A stretch of 64,000 nt of DNA from an uncultured Flavobacteriales bacterium (GTDB taxonomy: Bacteria; Bacteroidota; Bacteroidia; Flavobacteriales; UBA7312). Within the stretch, counting starts at the first letter, position 1; each line of letters opens with the position of its first letter. The DNA lies in assembly GCA_913048435.1 (NCBI GenBank), contig CAJWWC010000001.1, positions 118,777 through 182,776 on the forward strand, written 5' to 3'. Below the pieces are notes generated by a model. The model ran no database searches. It saw only the letters and a list, made by a program, of their open reading frames with translations, and was not told where the DNA came from. Of this stretch, positions 10,246-22,074 are shown in pieces. A program made the translations under genes and the position numbers.

Positions 10246-11702
10246 AATTATTGCAAGACATATTATTTGGGGTAGAGATACTTGAAGTTGCTGGTTCAAC
10301 TCATGCTGCTATTCCAAACGTCTATTTTGATTCTAGAAAGGTCGGGAAAGATGCTTTATTTGTCGCTGTTAGAGGTACAATAAGTGATGGACACGAGTAC
10401 ATCAATCAGGCTATTGAAAAAGGAGCAGTTGCCATAGTTGCTGAAGAACTTCCTTTAACAAAACCAGAAGGACTTACCTACATAAGAGTAAACGATAGCT
10501 CAAAAGCTTTAGGGGTTATTGCCTCTAATTTTTATGATAATCCTTCTCAAAAATTAAATCTTGTTGCTGTAACAGGCACTAATGGTAAGACATCGGTTGT
10601 CAGTTTATTGCATCAGTTTTACCAATCATTAGCTATCAAAACAGGAGTTCTATCAACTATAGTAAACAAGATTGGTTTCCAAGAAGTTCCATCAACACAT
10701 ACTACTCCTGATGCATTAAGTATCAATAAGCTTTTATCTCAAATGGTTGATGAGGGTTGTAAGTTTTGTTTTATGGAAGCAAGTTCTCACGCTATTCATC
10801 AAAACCGAATTTCAGGATTACAGTTTAAAGGTGCTGTTTTTACAAACATCACTCACGACCACTTGGATTATCACAAGACCTTTGACGATTATATACTTGC
10901 CAAAAAAGTACTATTTGATTCACTTCCTTCCGATGCATTCGCATTAGTTAATAAGGACGATAGACACGGTTTGAATATGCTACACCATTGTGAAGCTAAA
11001 CAATACACTTTTGCCTTAAAGTCTACAGCAGATTTTAAAGCTAAAATTATTGAGCATCAATTTGACGGTATGCTTTTAAATGTCGATGGCAAAGAAGTTT
11101 GGACTAAGCTTATTGGTGAATTTAATGCTTATAACCTACTATCCATTTATGCTACAACCCTTCTTTTGGGAGAAGACAGTTTTCAATCACTAACAAGTCT
11201 CAGCGTCTTGACTAGTGCAGAGGGAAGATTTGATGTATACATAGCAGATGATGGTTGTATTGGTATTGTAGATTATGCTCATACGCCCGATGCTTTACTT
11301 AATGTGATAAATACCATCAATGAGATTAAGAATAATCAGCAATTGATTACAGTTTTTGGCTGTGGTGGTGATAGAGATAAATCCAAGCGTTCCAAAATGG
11401 GGCAAATTGCTTCAGAACTTAGTGACAGAGTCATCATTACTAGTGACAATCCTCGTACTGAAAATCCAGATGATATATTAAATGAAATAGCACAGGGAGT
11501 AAACCCTAAACACCTTAAAAAGGTACTAAGCATTTCTGATAGAAAAGAGGCTATTAAAACAGCTTGCTCACTAGCTAACGAAGGAGATGTTATTCTGCTA
11601 GCAGGAAAAGGTCATGAAAAATACCAAGAAATCAATGGCGATAAGTTAGCATTTGACGATAAAGAAGAATTAAAAAACACATTTAACCTATTTCGAAAAT
11701 AA
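10242..11702 (+). CDS. murE: UDP-MurNAc-Ala-Glu:meso-DAP ligase
   Basis: GTNGKTS, HTTPD, DYAHTPD, DNPR (DAP-specific), GKGHE. Confidence 0.96.
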   Translation: MKLLQDILFGVEILEVAGSTHAAIPNVYFDSRKVGKDALFVAVRGTISDGHEYINQAIEKGAVAIVAEELPLTKPEGLTYIRVNDSSKALGVIASNFYDNPSQKLNLVAVTGTNGKTSVVSLLHQFYQSLAIKTGVLSTIVNKIGFQEVPSTHTTPDALSINKLLSQMVDEGCKFCFMEASSHAIHQNRISGLQFKGAVFTNITHDHLDYHKTFDDYILAKKVLFDSLPSDAFALVNKDDRHGLNMLHHCEAKQYTFALKSTADFKAKIIEHQFDGMLLNVDGKEVWTKLIGEFNAYNLLSIYATTLLLGEDSFQSLTSLSVLTSAEGRFDVYIADDGCIGIVDYAHTPDALLNVINTINEIKNNQQLITVFGCGGDRDKSKRSKMGQIASELSDRVIITSDNPRTENPDDILNEIAQGVNPKHLKKVLSISDRKEAIKTACSLANEGDVILLAGKGHEKYQEINGDKLAFDDKEELKNTFNLFRK

Positions 11703-12916
11703 TGATTTATTACCTATTTGAATATCTAGAATCCGTATATCAGTTACCTGGAGCAGGAGTGTTTCAATACATTTCATTTAGGGCAGCCTTAGCAGTCATT
11801 ACTTCTTTATTGGTTTCTATGGTGTTTGGTGGTAAGATTATCAATCTAATTAGAAATAAACAAATTGGAGAGGAAGTCAGGACTCTAGGTTTAGAGGGAG
11901 AAGCACAAAAGAAAGGAACGCCTACTATGGGAGGCTTAATTATACTTGCAGCTATTCTGTTGCCAACACTTTTATTTGCCAAACTTTCAAACATCTATAT
12001 CGTCATAATGCTAATCTCTACAGTTTGGTTAGGGCTAATTGGATTCATTGACGATTACATTAAGGTTTTTAAAAGAGATAAGGAAGGCTTAGCGGGAAGA
12101 TTTAAAATTATTGGACAAGTAGGTCTAGGACTCATCATAGGTCTTACTATGTATTTCCATGAGGGGATTACTATAAAAGAAGAGCTTCGAAATATTGACA
12201 AAGCCAATACAGAAGTTGTTTTTGGGGAAGAAACAAAATCACTTAAAACAAGCATACCTTTTGTAAAGAATAATGAATTTGACTACACCACTTTGGTAAG
12301 TTGGATGGGAGAAACGGGCAAGAAATACGCTTGGATAGTCTTTGTCTTAATGGTCATTTTTGTGGTTACTGCCGTAAGTAATGGCGCTAATATGACCGAT
12401 GGTCTAGATGGTCTCGCAACGGGTACTTCAGCCATAATAGGTGCTACACTAGGAATCTTAGCTTATGTGTCTGGTAATGTATTCTTTGCCGACTACCTCA
12501 ACATAATGTATCTGCCAAACTCTGGTGAGCTGGTTATCTATATGGCGGCATTTGTAGGAGCTTGTGTAGGGTTTTTATGGTACAACTCCTATCCAGCTCA
12601 AGTATTTATGGGCGATACAGGAAGTTTAGCACTAGGAGGAATTATTGCAGTATTTGCTATTGCTATTAGAAAAGAATTATTGATACCTGTGTTGTGTGGT
12701 ATTTTCTTGGTAGAGAATTTATCAGTTATGCTACAAGTGGGTTATTTCAAATACACTAAAAAGAAATTCGGTGAAGGTCGTCGAATTTTCAAGATGGCAC
12801 CATTACATCATCATTTTCAAAAGTTAGCTATGCACGAAAGTAAAATTGTTACTCGCTTTTGGATAGCTGGTGTCATGTTGGCCATACTAACCATTGTCAC
12901 TCTAAAACTGAGATAA
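11702..12916 (+). CDS. mraY: Phospho-MurNAc-pentapeptide transferase
   Basis: [37 protein letters not shown]. Confidence 0.96.
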   Translation: MIYYLFEYLESVYQLPGAGVFQYISFRAALAVITSLLVSMVFGGKIINLIRNKQIGEEVRTLGLEGEAQKKGTPTMGGLIILAAILLPTLLFAKLSNIYIVIMLISTVWLGLIGFIDDYIKVFKRDKEGLAGRFKIIGQVGLGLIIGLTMYFHEGITIKEELRNIDKANTEVVFGEETKSLKTSIPFVKNNEFDYTTLVSWMGETGKKYAWIVFVLMVIFVVTAVSNGANMTDGLDGLATGTSAIIGATLGILAYVSGNVFFADYLNIMYLPNSGELVIYMAAFVGACVGFLWYNSYPAQVFMGDTGSLALGGIIAVFAIAIRKELLIPVLCGIFLVENLSVMLQVGYFKYTKKKFGEGRRIFKMAPLHHHFQKLAMHESKIVTRFWIAGVMLAILTIVTLKLR

Positions 12917-14241
12917 TGGGGAAAGTTGTTGTGCTTGGTGGTGGAGAAAGTGGCTGTGGGGCGGCACTATTAGCACAACAAAAAGGATTTGAGGTATTTC
13001 TTTCTGATTTCGGAAAGATAAAGGAGAAATACAAAAATGTTCTTACACATAATGCGATTGAATGGGAAGAAGAAAAACACTCTGAAAAGCGTTTTTTCGA
13101 GGCAGATATAATTGTCAAAAGTCCAGGTATCCCTGATACTATTCCTTTGATACAAGATTTGAAAAAAACTTCAGTGCCTATCATTTCTGAAATTGAATTT
13201 GCTGCACGATATACCGATGCAAAAATTATTGGCATTACAGGAAGCAACGGCAAAACCACTACTACATTATTAGTAGGGCATATGCTCAAAAAAGCGGGTT
13301 TAAATGTAGGTATTGCTGGAAATGTAGGTGACAGTTTTGCTTTACAAGTAGCCAATGAATCTCATGACTTTTACGTGTTAGAATTGAGCAGTTTTCAATT
13401 GGAAGGCATAGATAATTTCAAGCCCCATATCGCCATTTTACTCAATATCACGCCAGACCATTTGGACAGATATGCCAACAAAATGGAGAACTACATTCGA
13501 TCAAAAATGAGAATTACAATGAATCAGACTTCAGAAGATTATTTAATCTACTGTTCGGATGATAATAACATAACAATGAATTTAAAAACTCAGGCTCAAT
13601 GTTTGCCATTTTCTATTAAAGAAAATCAAGAGATTGGCGCTAGTTTAAACAATGACGAGATAGAAATAAATATTAACCAAGCATCATTTAATATGAACAT
13701 TCAACAATTAGCCCTTCAGGGCAAGCACAACATCTACAATTCTATGGCTGCAGCTATTTCAGCTAGGATTTTAGATTTAAACAAAGATTTGATTAGAGAA
13801 AGTCTTATTGATTTTAAAAATGTTGAGCACAGATTAGAACGTGTAATTAAAGTACATGGTATCGAGTTCATTAACGACTCTAAAGCTACCAATGTCAATT
13901 CTACATGGTACGCTTTGGAAAGTATGACTAAAGATACCATTTGGATTGTCGGTGGTGTTGATAAAGGAAACGATTACTCATCACTAATTCCTTTAGTCAA
14001 TCAGAAAGTAAAAGCGATAGTTTGTCTAGGTGAAAATGTAGACTCTATAAAAGCAGCATTTGAAAATTTAGATGTTGATATGCTATTTGCTTCATCTATG
14101 GAAGAAGCCGTCAATCAATCTTATGAACACGCTACTAAGGGCGATGCTGTTTTGTTATCGCCAGCATGCGCTAGTTTCGATTTATTCGAAAATTACGAGC
14201 ACCGAGGTTATGAATTTAAATCATCAGTAAGAAGTTTATAA
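12916..14241 (+). CDS. murD: UDP-MurNAc-Ala:D-Glu ligase
   Basis: GSNGKTTT, ELSSFQL, NDSKATN, SPACASFD. Start reassigned to ATG 12916. Confidence 0.96.
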   Translation: MGKVVVLGGGESGCGAALLAQQKGFEVFLSDFGKIKEKYKNVLTHNAIEWEEEKHSEKRFFEADIIVKSPGIPDTIPLIQDLKKTSVPIISEIEFAARYTDAKIIGITGSNGKTTTTLLVGHMLKKAGLNVGIAGNVGDSFALQVANESHDFYVLELSSFQLEGIDNFKPHIAILLNITPDHLDRYANKMENYIRSKMRITMNQTSEDYLIYCSDDNNITMNLKTQAQCLPFSIKENQEIGASLNNDEIEININQASFNMNIQQLALQGKHNIYNSMAAAISARILDLNKDLIRESLIDFKNVEHRLERVIKVHGIEFINDSKATNVNSTWYALESMTKDTIWIVGGVDKGNDYSSLIPLVNQKVKAIVCLGENVDSIKAAFENLDVDMLFASSMEEAVNQSYEHATKGDAVLLSPACASFDLFENYEHRGYEFKSSVRSL

Positions 14242-14243
14242 AG

Positions 14244-15410
14244 ATGAGTAAGCTAAAAAAATACATAAACTTAGAAGGCGATACTCGCATTTGGGGGGTT
14301 GTATTTTTTCTATCTATTGTATCTATTGTAGTCGTATATAGTGCAACGGGTGGTTTAGCCTATACTTCTTATGGTGGTAACACCTGGCATTTGTTCTTCA
14401 AGCATTTCAAGTTTTTAATTGTTGGACTTGTATTAATGTATTTTGTTCATAAAGTGCCACATAAATATTTCTCTCGTTTAGGGCAATTAGGGTTCATTAT
14501 TGCCATACCTATACTTATCTATACTGTTGCATTCGGTACATCCATGAACGATGCTAATCGTTGGATTACCATTGCTGATATGCCGATTAACACTTTTGAA
14601 ATTGGAAAAATTGCAATTACTGTTTTTCTAGCTCGTCAGTTGGTGCGATGTCAAGATGAACTTAGTGATTTGAAAACGGTTTCTTGGAAATTATTTGCTC
14701 CATTAGTATTGATTTGTGCTATTATATTTCCAGCGAATTTATCAACTTCAGCGATGATATTTTTAGCAGGTCTTATGCTATTGTATCTTGGAGGTGTGCC
14801 ATTTAAGTATTTGGCTTTATTGTTTGCGAGTATCCTCACATTAGGAGTCTTGGTTATCAGTTTATCCTTGACAGTCCCTGCCTTGCAAAAAACATTCCCT
14901 AGAGCACAAACTTGGGTCAATAGGATTGTTAATTTCTCTGAAAATAAGACTGTTAAAAGTGATGAAAATTATCAAGTGGCGCATGCCAAGGTTGCTATTG
15001 TAAACGGAGGAATAAAGGGTAGAGGACCAGGGAAAAGTACACAGCGTAATGTTTTGCCCTTACCTAATTCAGATTATGTTTATGCTATTCTAATAGAAGA
15101 GTGGGGGTTCTTAGGAGGTTTTGCAGTCGTCTTTGCCTATGTGGTTTTACTATTGCGGGGTAAACGGATTTTTAATTTAGCAAGTGATCCATTAGCAGCC
15201 TATCTTGGGGTTGGTCTCAGTTTATCTATGGTTCTTCAAGCATTTATAAATATGGCTGTTGCGGTTGATTTTTTTCCAGTAACAGGTCAAACTTTGCCAT
15301 TGATTAGTATGGGTGGTGTATCAGTTATTTTCACTTGTATTTCATTAGGGGTAATTCTTAGTACCAGTCGAAGTGTTAACGTTTCTAAAATAAGTGCCAA
15401 TGTCAGTTAG
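14244..15410 (+). CDS. ftsW: SEDS peptidoglycan polymerase FtsW
   Basis: Multi-TM; ANRW, SDYVYAILIEEWG, TGQTLPLISMGG. Confidence 0.92.
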   Translation: MSKLKKYINLEGDTRIWGVVFFLSIVSIVVVYSATGGLAYTSYGGNTWHLFFKHFKFLIVGLVLMYFVHKVPHKYFSRLGQLGFIIAIPILIYTVAFGTSMNDANRWITIADMPINTFEIGKIAITVFLARQLVRCQDELSDLKTVSWKLFAPLVLICAIIFPANLSTSAMIFLAGLMLLYLGGVPFKYLALLFASILTLGVLVISLSLTVPALQKTFPRAQTWVNRIVNFSENKTVKSDENYQVAHAKVAIVNGGIKGRGPGKSTQRNVLPLPNSDYVYAILIEEWGFLGGFAVVFAYVVLLLRGKRIFNLASDPLAAYLGVGLSLSMVLQAFINMAVAVDFFPVTGQTLPLISMGGVSVIFTCISLGVILSTSRSVNVSKISANVS

Positions 15411-16500
15411 AGTTATTATAAGTGGCGGTGGCACAGGGGGACATATATTCCCTGCAATTTCTATTGCTAATGAGTTGAATCAAAGAGTCAAGGATATCAA
15501 TATTTTATTTGTTGGTGCTAAAGGCCGTATGGAAATGGAAAAAGTACCTAAGGCTGGTTACCCTATCAAAGGGCTTAACATTAGTGGATTGCAAAGGAGT
15601 TGGAAAGATGCTAGAAATATATGGTTTCCTTTTAAATTGATATCTAGTCTATTTAAGTCGTATTGGATTATTAAAAAATACAAACCCTCTGTTGTCGTGG
15701 GTACGGGTGGTTATGCCAGTGGACCTTTATTATTTGTAGCCTCTAAACTTTCTGTTCCTGCCCTCATACAAGAACAAAATTCTTATCCCGGTATTACCAA
15801 CAAATTGTTGTCGAAGTCGGTTCAAAAAATATGTGTCTCATACGATAAGATGGAGCGCTTCTTCCCTAAATCTAAACTGATGATGTTGGGCAATCCCGTT
15901 CGTCAAGATTTACATGATTCTGCAGATAAAAAGACAGAAGCCATCAAGCATTTCAATTTAGATTTGAGTCGTAAAACGATATTGGTAGTAGGAGGTAGTC
16001 TTGGGGCAAGAACAATTAACCATTCCATAGCCGAGCTTGTTCAGCAATTCGAAGAAAAAAACATTCAACTTATTTGGCAGACAGGCCTTTCTTATGAAAG
16101 TGCTGCCAAGGATTTGTGTCAATCTCTTTCTAATGTACAAGCCCATGCATTTATTTACAATATGGATTTAGCATATAGCGCTGCTGATATAATTATTTCA
16201 AGAGCTGGTGCTAGTACAATTTCGGAGCTTTGTCTTATCGGTAAACCAGCCCTATTAATTCCATCTCCAAATGTAGCAGAAGACCATCAAACCAAAAATG
16301 CAATGGCTTTAATTGAAAAAAATGCTGCCCTGATGGTTAAGGATAGCGAAGCACAAGAGCAATTAGGTCAAGTTATCTTCGATTTATTAGAAAATGAAAA
16401 CACTCAACAAAACTTAGGAGACAATATTAAAAAGTTAGCCATGCCAAATTCAGCAAAACATATTGTTGATGAGGTGTTAAAATTAGTACAAGAAAAATGA
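15400..16500 (+). CDS. murG: Lipid II GlcNAc transferase MurG
   Basis: GGGTGGHIFP, GGYAS, EQN, GGSLGA, SRAGA, DHQTKNA. Confidence 0.96.
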   Translation: MSVRVIISGGGTGGHIFPAISIANELNQRVKDINILFVGAKGRMEMEKVPKAGYPIKGLNISGLQRSWKDARNIWFPFKLISSLFKSYWIIKKYKPSVVVGTGGYASGPLLFVASKLSVPALIQEQNSYPGITNKLLSKSVQKICVSYDKMERFFPKSKLMMLGNPVRQDLHDSADKKTEAIKHFNLDLSRKTILVVGGSLGARTINHSIAELVQQFEEKNIQLIWQTGLSYESAAKDLCQSLSNVQAHAFIYNMDLAYSAADIIISRAGASTISELCLIGKPALLIPSPNVAEDHQTKNAMALIEKNAALMVKDSEAQEQLGQVIFDLLENENTQQNLGDNIKKLAMPNSAKHIVDEVLKLVQEK

Positions 16501-17900
16501 ATATTAAATTAGTCGAACATATATACTTTGTAGGAATTGGAGGTATAGGTATGTCAGCTTTAGCACGATATTTCAACGCTAAAGGCAAGCAAGTTAGCGG
16601 CTACGATAAAACACCATCGCCTATTACAGATGCATTAACAGCAGAAGGTATAAGTTTACATTTTGATGAAAATCATATCCCTAAGAATATTAAAGATGCT
16701 GATTTTCAATCAGTCCTTATAGTTTATACACCTGCAGTAACTCAAGACAGTCCACAGCTAACTTCTTTTGCATCTAAAAAATGGACTGTTCTAAAACGAG
16801 CTGAGTTATTGGGGGTAATTACAGAACACGCTTACACAATAGCAGTTGCTGGTACTCATGGCAAGACAACCACTTCTTGTATTTTAGCCCATATACTTAA
16901 GTATACTGATATCTATTGCACAGCATTCTTGGGAGGTATTAGCAGTAACTACAATACTAACCTAATTCTTTCCGAATCAGGTGATATTGTAGTTGTGGAG
17001 GCCGATGAATACGACCGTTCTTTCTTAAAGCTATCTACTGATATTTCAATCATCACATCTCTTGATGCCGATCATTTAGACATCTACAACGATGTTGATG
17101 ATATGAAGAATACATTTAAAATGTTTGCATCAAATACTAAGCAGAATGGTATGCTGTTGGTAAACAAATCCATCGATGTTGATTTTGAAGCACCCTTAGA
17201 TGGTAGCTTAATGACTTATTCTTCAACAGTTAGAGCAGATAACATAGCCTTCAATTTACGAATTGAAGAGGGCTCACAGTATTTTGACGCTAATTTTAAG
17301 GAAATTATGCCCGGCCAAGTGTATGAATACGAGTTAAAAGATATTCAACTACAATTGCCAGGAAAACATAATGTCGAAAATGCTATTGCGGCTATTGTTG
17401 TAGCGTCTTCTTTAGGAGCTAAGCCAGAGAAAATAAAAGCTGCTATTAAAGATTTTAAAGGAGTAAAAAGAAGATACGATTTACATGCTAAAGGTAAGTA
17501 TGTGTACATTGATGATTATGCCCACCACCCTAAAGAAATTAAAGCAACACTAGTAGCGACTAAAGAGCTTTTCCCAGAAAAAAAGATAACGGTAGTATTT
17601 CAGCCTCATTTGTACTCAAGGACTAGAGATTTTGCCGCTGAGTTTGGCGACTCTTTATCACTAGCAGATGAGGTGTTGTTGTTGGATATTTATCCAGCAA
17701 GAGAAATGCCTATTGAAGGAGTAAATTCTGAAATGCTACTTACTCAAGTAGTAGATTGTGAAAAGTCCTTGCTTAAGAAATCCGATCTAGTTGAGGAATT
17801 AACTAACCCTAAAAGAGAACTTCTACTGACGCTAGGCGCTGGAGATATAGACCAATTCGTTGAACCATTAAAACACTATTACGTCAATGAAATGGATTAA
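16497..17900 (+). CDS. murC: UDP-MurNAc:L-Ala ligase
   Basis: GIGGIGMSA, GTHGKTTT, EADEYD, DDYAHHP. Confidence 0.96.
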   Translation: MNIKLVEHIYFVGIGGIGMSALARYFNAKGKQVSGYDKTPSPITDALTAEGISLHFDENHIPKNIKDADFQSVLIVYTPAVTQDSPQLTSFASKKWTVLKRAELLGVITEHAYTIAVAGTHGKTTTSCILAHILKYTDIYCTAFLGGISSNYNTNLILSESGDIVVVEADEYDRSFLKLSTDISIITSLDADHLDIYNDVDDMKNTFKMFASNTKQNGMLLVNKSIDVDFEAPLDGSLMTYSSTVRADNIAFNLRIEEGSQYFDANFKEIMPGQVYEYELKDIQLQLPGKHNVENAIAAIVVASSLGAKPEKIKAAIKDFKGVKRRYDLHAKGKYVYIDDYAHHPKEIKATLVATKELFPEKKITVVFQPHLYSRTRDFAAEFGDSLSLADEVLLLDIYPAREMPIEGVNSEMLLTQVVDCEKSLLKKSDLVEELTNPKRELLLTLGAGDIDQFVEPLKHYYVNEMD

Positions 17901-18612
17901 AATTTTATCACAATTTTTATTTGTAGGAGGTATCATTTTTCTGTTAGCTTTTACCAATACCCGCTACAGCAATAAGACCTGTGTAGATTACCGTATAAAT
18001 CTAGCTGACGAAAACACTTCACTCATAACTCGAGGTGAGATAATATTACATATGGAGTCTATTCAAGATAGTGTTGTAGGCACAACTATTACTGAAGTAC
18101 CTATCTATGAAATTGAGCGTAAAATAGAAAGTTTAAATGATGTGCAAAACGCTGAGGTTTACATCAATATGGAAGGAATGTTACATATAGATGTTATTCA
18201 GAAAAAGGCTATTGTACGAATAAGCCCAAAAGAAGGTAAAGACTTTTACATGGATTCTGAAGGTTCAATCTTTGGATTGTCACATAACTACACAGAGCAT
18301 CTACTCGTAGCTAATGGTAACATACAAGATAGCACAGATTATATGACTGTTTTGGACTTGGCAAAATACCTATCTTCTGATAGCCTCTGGAATGCTCAAA
18401 TTGTACAGATTTATCTAAAAGAGAATAAAGAAATAGAACTTGTCCCAAGAGTTGGTAATCATACTATATTGTTAGGAGACATAACTAACTTTAAAGAGAA
18501 ACTCAGAAAGCTCTATTTGTTTTATGAGAAAGGGGTTAATCAAGTTGGGTGGAATGATTATAAAGAAATTAACCTAAAATTTAGGAATCAAATTGTTTGT
18601 GTAAAAAGATAA
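17887..18612 (+). CDS. ftsQ: Cell division protein FtsQ
   Basis: N-terminal TM, POTRA-like region, Y..INLKF..Q.VC ending; lies before ftsA. Confidence 0.85.
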   Translation: MKWIKILSQFLFVGGIIFLLAFTNTRYSNKTCVDYRINLADENTSLITRGEIILHMESIQDSVVGTTITEVPIYEIERKIESLNDVQNAEVYINMEGMLHIDVIQKKAIVRISPKEGKDFYMDSEGSIFGLSHNYTEHLLVANGNIQDSTDYMTVLDLAKYLSSDSLWNAQIVQIYLKENKEIELVPRVGNHTILLGDITNFKEKLRKLYLFYEKGVNQVGWNDYKEINLKFRNQIVCVKR

Positions 18613-18614
18613 TT

Positions 18615-19883
18615 ATGGAAAACAATACAAAAATAGCAGTCGGTTTAGATATTGGCACAACCAAAATCACTGTAATCGTTGGTCAAAAAAATGAATACGG
18701 AAAGATTGAAATACTTGGAATGGGTAAAGCCCCGTCAACAGGTGTTATGCGTGGGATAGTTGCCAATATTGATAAAACTACACAGTCTATCAACAAAGCC
18801 TTAGAAGAGGCTATAACTTCTTCTGGTATGCAAGTTAAGAATGTCAATGTTGGTATTGCTGGACAACACATCAAAAGTTTACAGCATCGAGGGCAGTTAG
18901 TTAGAGAAAATTTAGAAACTGAAATTAATGATGCTGATATAGATAAGTTGATGCAAAATATGTATAAACTTGTTATGGTGCCTGGTGAAGAAATCATTCA
19001 CGTAATACCTCAAGAATACATAGTTGATAAACAGGACAACTTCCCTGATCCTCGTGGTATGGTAGGTGTTCAGTTAGAAGCCAATTTTCATATTATAACA
19101 GGTCAGACTGCTGCGATTTCAAATATCAAGAAATGTGTTAATAATGCTAGTCTAGCTATGACAGGATTGACACTTGAGCCTTTAGCCTCAGCAACTTCTG
19201 TTCTTGACCATCAAGAACTAGAAGCTGGTGTAGCTTTAGTAGATATAGGTGGAGGAACAACTGATGTAGCAATTTTTAAAGATGGCATCATACGTCATAC
19301 AGCCGTAATCCCGTTTGGTGGCAATATTATTACTCAAGATATAAAGGAGGGTTGTTCAATACTAGAAAACCAAGCTGAACTTTTAAAAATAAAGTTTGGT
19401 TCAGCTTTATCAAGTCAAAATAACGAAAATGAAATTGTTTCAATACCTGGTTTAAGAGGAAGGGAGCCTAAAGAAATATCTTTAAAAAACTTAGCTAACA
19501 TAATTCAAGCTAGAGTTGAAGAAATTATTGAATTAGTTCATCATGAAATTAAAAACTCTGGCTATGAAAGAAAACTAATTACGGGAATTGTTTTAACTGG
19601 TGGAGGGAGTCAATTAAAGCATATTAGTCAATTAGTTGAGTTTCATACCGGTATTGAATGTAGAATTGGTTATCCAAATGAACACCTCAGTTCTAATTCA
19701 CCAATTGATGTTACTAGCCCGATGTATGCAACAGGTGTAGGTTTAGTAATTAAATTTTTAGAAGAAAGAACTAGTGATGAAACGAGCATTGTTCAATTAG
19801 GAACTAAGGGTAATGCAGGATTAGGTGATTTTTTTAAGAAAATGCTCGATAAAATTGATAAATATTTAACAAATGACGAATAA
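18615..19883 (+). CDS. ftsA: Cell division protein FtsA
   Basis: GLDIGTTKI, DIGGGTTD, LTGGGS. Confidence 0.95.
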   Translation: MENNTKIAVGLDIGTTKITVIVGQKNEYGKIEILGMGKAPSTGVMRGIVANIDKTTQSINKALEEAITSSGMQVKNVNVGIAGQHIKSLQHRGQLVRENLETEINDADIDKLMQNMYKLVMVPGEEIIHVIPQEYIVDKQDNFPDPRGMVGVQLEANFHIITGQTAAISNIKKCVNNASLAMTGLTLEPLASATSVLDHQELEAGVALVDIGGGTTDVAIFKDGIIRHTAVIPFGGNIITQDIKEGCSILENQAELLKIKFGSALSSQNNENEIVSIPGLRGREPKEISLKNLANIIQARVEEIIELVHHEIKNSGYERKLITGIVLTGGGSQLKHISQLVEFHTGIECRIGYPNEHLSSNSPIDVTSPMYATGVGLVIKFLEERTSDETSIVQLGTKGNAGLGDFFKKMLDKIDKYLTNDE

Positions 19884-19914
19884 ACAGAACTATTAATATT
19901 AAATAATTAAAACA

Positions 19915-21543
19915 ATGACAAATGAAAGCGTATTAGCATTCGATTTACCAAAGAACCAATCTTCAGTGATTAAAGTTATTGGAGTAGGTGGAGGTGGAAG
20001 TAATGCTGTAAATTACATGTTTGAAAATGGTATTGATGGAGTAGATTTTGCGGTTTGTAACACTGATTTACAAGCTCTTGAAGCTAGTCCTATAACCACA
20101 AAAATTCAGATAGGAGCTGAGATAACCGAAGGGTTGGGAGCAGGCGCTAATCCCGAGGTCGGTCGCCAAGCTGCAGAAGAGAGTATCAAACGAATTGAAG
20201 AACTACTGGAAAGTAATACCAAAATGTTATTTATCACTGCTGGAATGGGCGGTGGAACAGGAACAGGCGCTGCGCCTGTAATTGCACGGGCTGCTCGTGA
20301 AAAAGAAATATTAACTGTGGGTGTAGTTACTGTACCATTTTGGACTGAAGGAGGTCACAGAAAAAAGTATGCCGAAAAAGGGTTGGAAGATTTAAGAGCA
20401 AATGTTGATACTCTACTGGTTATCAATAATGATAGACTTATTGAAGTATATGGCGATTTGACTTTAAGTCAAGCCTTTGCTAAAGCCAATGAAGTGTTGA
20501 ATACCGCCACAAAAGGTATTGCAGAGGTTATTTCTCAAACATTGATGGTAAATATTGATCTTAATGATGCAAAGCGAGTACTTAAAGATAGTGGTAGTGC
20601 TGTAATGGGACAGGCTTATGCATCTGGTGAAAACCGTGCTATTGATGCTATTGAGGCAGCTTTAGATTCACCTTTGTTACATGACAATAATATCAAGGGC
20701 GCTCAGCAAGTTTTATTGAAAATAGTTACAGGATCCGGGGAAAAAGAAATTAGAATGACAGAGTTGTTCAGTATAAAAAAACATATTCAAGATGTTGCCG
20801 GCTCAGATGTCAATATTATTGAAGGAATTGGTGTGGAAGAAGGTATGGACGATGAAATAAGTGTAACAGTTATTGCAACTGGTTTTAAGGTCAATAAAAA
20901 TATTGGACCAGCTAAACCTATTAGTCCAAAAGTTTATGATCTTGATAAAGATGAAAAAACTGAAGAACAAAGTGCGAGGCTTAGCTCAGAGGAAATTACA
21001 ACAGTTGATTCTATAAATGAACCTCAAGGAACTTTGAATTTTAACACTGAAGAAGAATCACCTCTTTTAAATATTAAAATCGAAAAAGAAGGTAATGATG
21101 AATTTCCGGAAGATTTTTCAATTGATGTAGAGAGTAATATAAACGATGAACCTATCAATTTATTAGTTGAAAATGAAGATGATAACGAAGTAGTAGTTCA
21201 TACTCTTGAATTGGAAGAATCTCCAGAAGATGTAATTACAGATTTAAAAGATAATGTAGAAAAGGAAGAGTTTACACAAATAAATCATGGTATTTCTGCT
21301 GAGCAAATGGCTTTAAGAAGTCGTCAGCGTATGGAAAGGCTTAGAGAAATAACGGTCAAATTACGAACTCCATCTGGACTCACAGATTTAGAAAGTGAAC
21401 CAGCTTACAAAAGAAGAGATGTTGAGTTAGAAGACGTAGCTCATTCCTCAGAGTCAGAAAATTCCTCCTATGTTTTAGGCGAGGATGATGATAAAAAGGT
21501 AGGTCTTAAACCAAACAATTTTTTACACGATAACGTTGACTAA
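19915..21543 (+). CDS. ftsZ: FtsZ with long acidic linker
   Basis: GVGGGGSNAV, GGGTGTG; C-terminal NNFLHDNVD typical of Bacteroidota. Confidence 0.97.
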   Translation: MTNESVLAFDLPKNQSSVIKVIGVGGGGSNAVNYMFENGIDGVDFAVCNTDLQALEASPITTKIQIGAEITEGLGAGANPEVGRQAAEESIKRIEELLESNTKMLFITAGMGGGTGTGAAPVIARAAREKEILTVGVVTVPFWTEGGHRKKYAEKGLEDLRANVDTLLVINNDRLIEVYGDLTLSQAFAKANEVLNTATKGIAEVISQTLMVNIDLNDAKRVLKDSGSAVMGQAYASGENRAIDAIEAALDSPLLHDNNIKGAQQVLLKIVTGSGEKEIRMTELFSIKKHIQDVAGSDVNIIEGIGVEEGMDDEISVTVIATGFKVNKNIGPAKPISPKVYDLDKDEKTEEQSARLSSEEITTVDSINEPQGTLNFNTEEESPLLNIKIEKEGNDEFPEDFSIDVESNINDEPINLLVENEDDNEVVVHTLELEESPEDVITDLKDNVEKEEFTQINHGISAEQMALRSRQRMERLREITVKLRTPSGLTDLESEPAYKRRDVELEDVAHSSESENSSYVLGEDDDKKVGLKPNNFLHDNVD

Positions 21544-21545
21544 TT

Positions 21546-21983
21546 ATGGATATTAATCAATTAATAAAGGAAGCAATGTTGGCAAAAGATTCAGTACGTT
21601 TGTCATCTCTGAGAGCTATTAAGTCAGCCTTTTTAGTGGCACAAACTGAAAAAGGTGCTGGAATACTTGATGAAGTTGCTATGCAGAAAATAATACAAAA
21701 GCAAGTCAAACAAAGAAAAGATGCAGCTGCCATTTTTTTAGAGCAAAATAGAGAAGATTTAGCCAATGATGAAATGGCACAAGTTTCCATTCTAGAAGAG
21801 TTTCTTCCACGGCAGTTAAGTGAAGATGAAATTCGAGAAGTTGTTAGCGATGTAGTTGAAAGAGTAGGAGCTAGTACTATGGCTGATATTGGTAAGGTTA
21901 TGGGCCTAGCTAATCAGCTGTTGGCAGGTAAAGCAGAGGGTAAACTTATTGCAAAAATTGTAAAATCTATACTACAAAATTAA
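21546..21983 (+). CDS. GatB/YqeY domain protein
   Basis: K.AM.AKD..RL..LRAIKSA, KQRKD, FLPRQLSE, GKAEG. Confidence 0.9.
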   Translation: MDINQLIKEAMLAKDSVRLSSLRAIKSAFLVAQTEKGAGILDEVAMQKIIQKQVKQRKDAAAIFLEQNREDLANDEMAQVSILEEFLPRQLSEDEIREVVSDVVERVGASTMADIGKVMGLANQLLAGKAEGKLIAKIVKSILQN

Positions 21984-22074
21984 TTTATGACATAATTTTC
22001 ACGTATAAATACTTTTTTTCAGAAAATACTTTAACACTATATTTTCTTTACATTGATTATTTTGAAATTGTGTG

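Noticed and set aside
6463-21543. dcw cluster lacking murF, murB and ddl; long acidic FtsZ linker
   Set aside because: This is the normal Bacteroidota arrangement.
21984-22074. Possible tRNA or terminator after yqeY
   Set aside because: No cloverleaf, T-loop motif or GC stem is visible.
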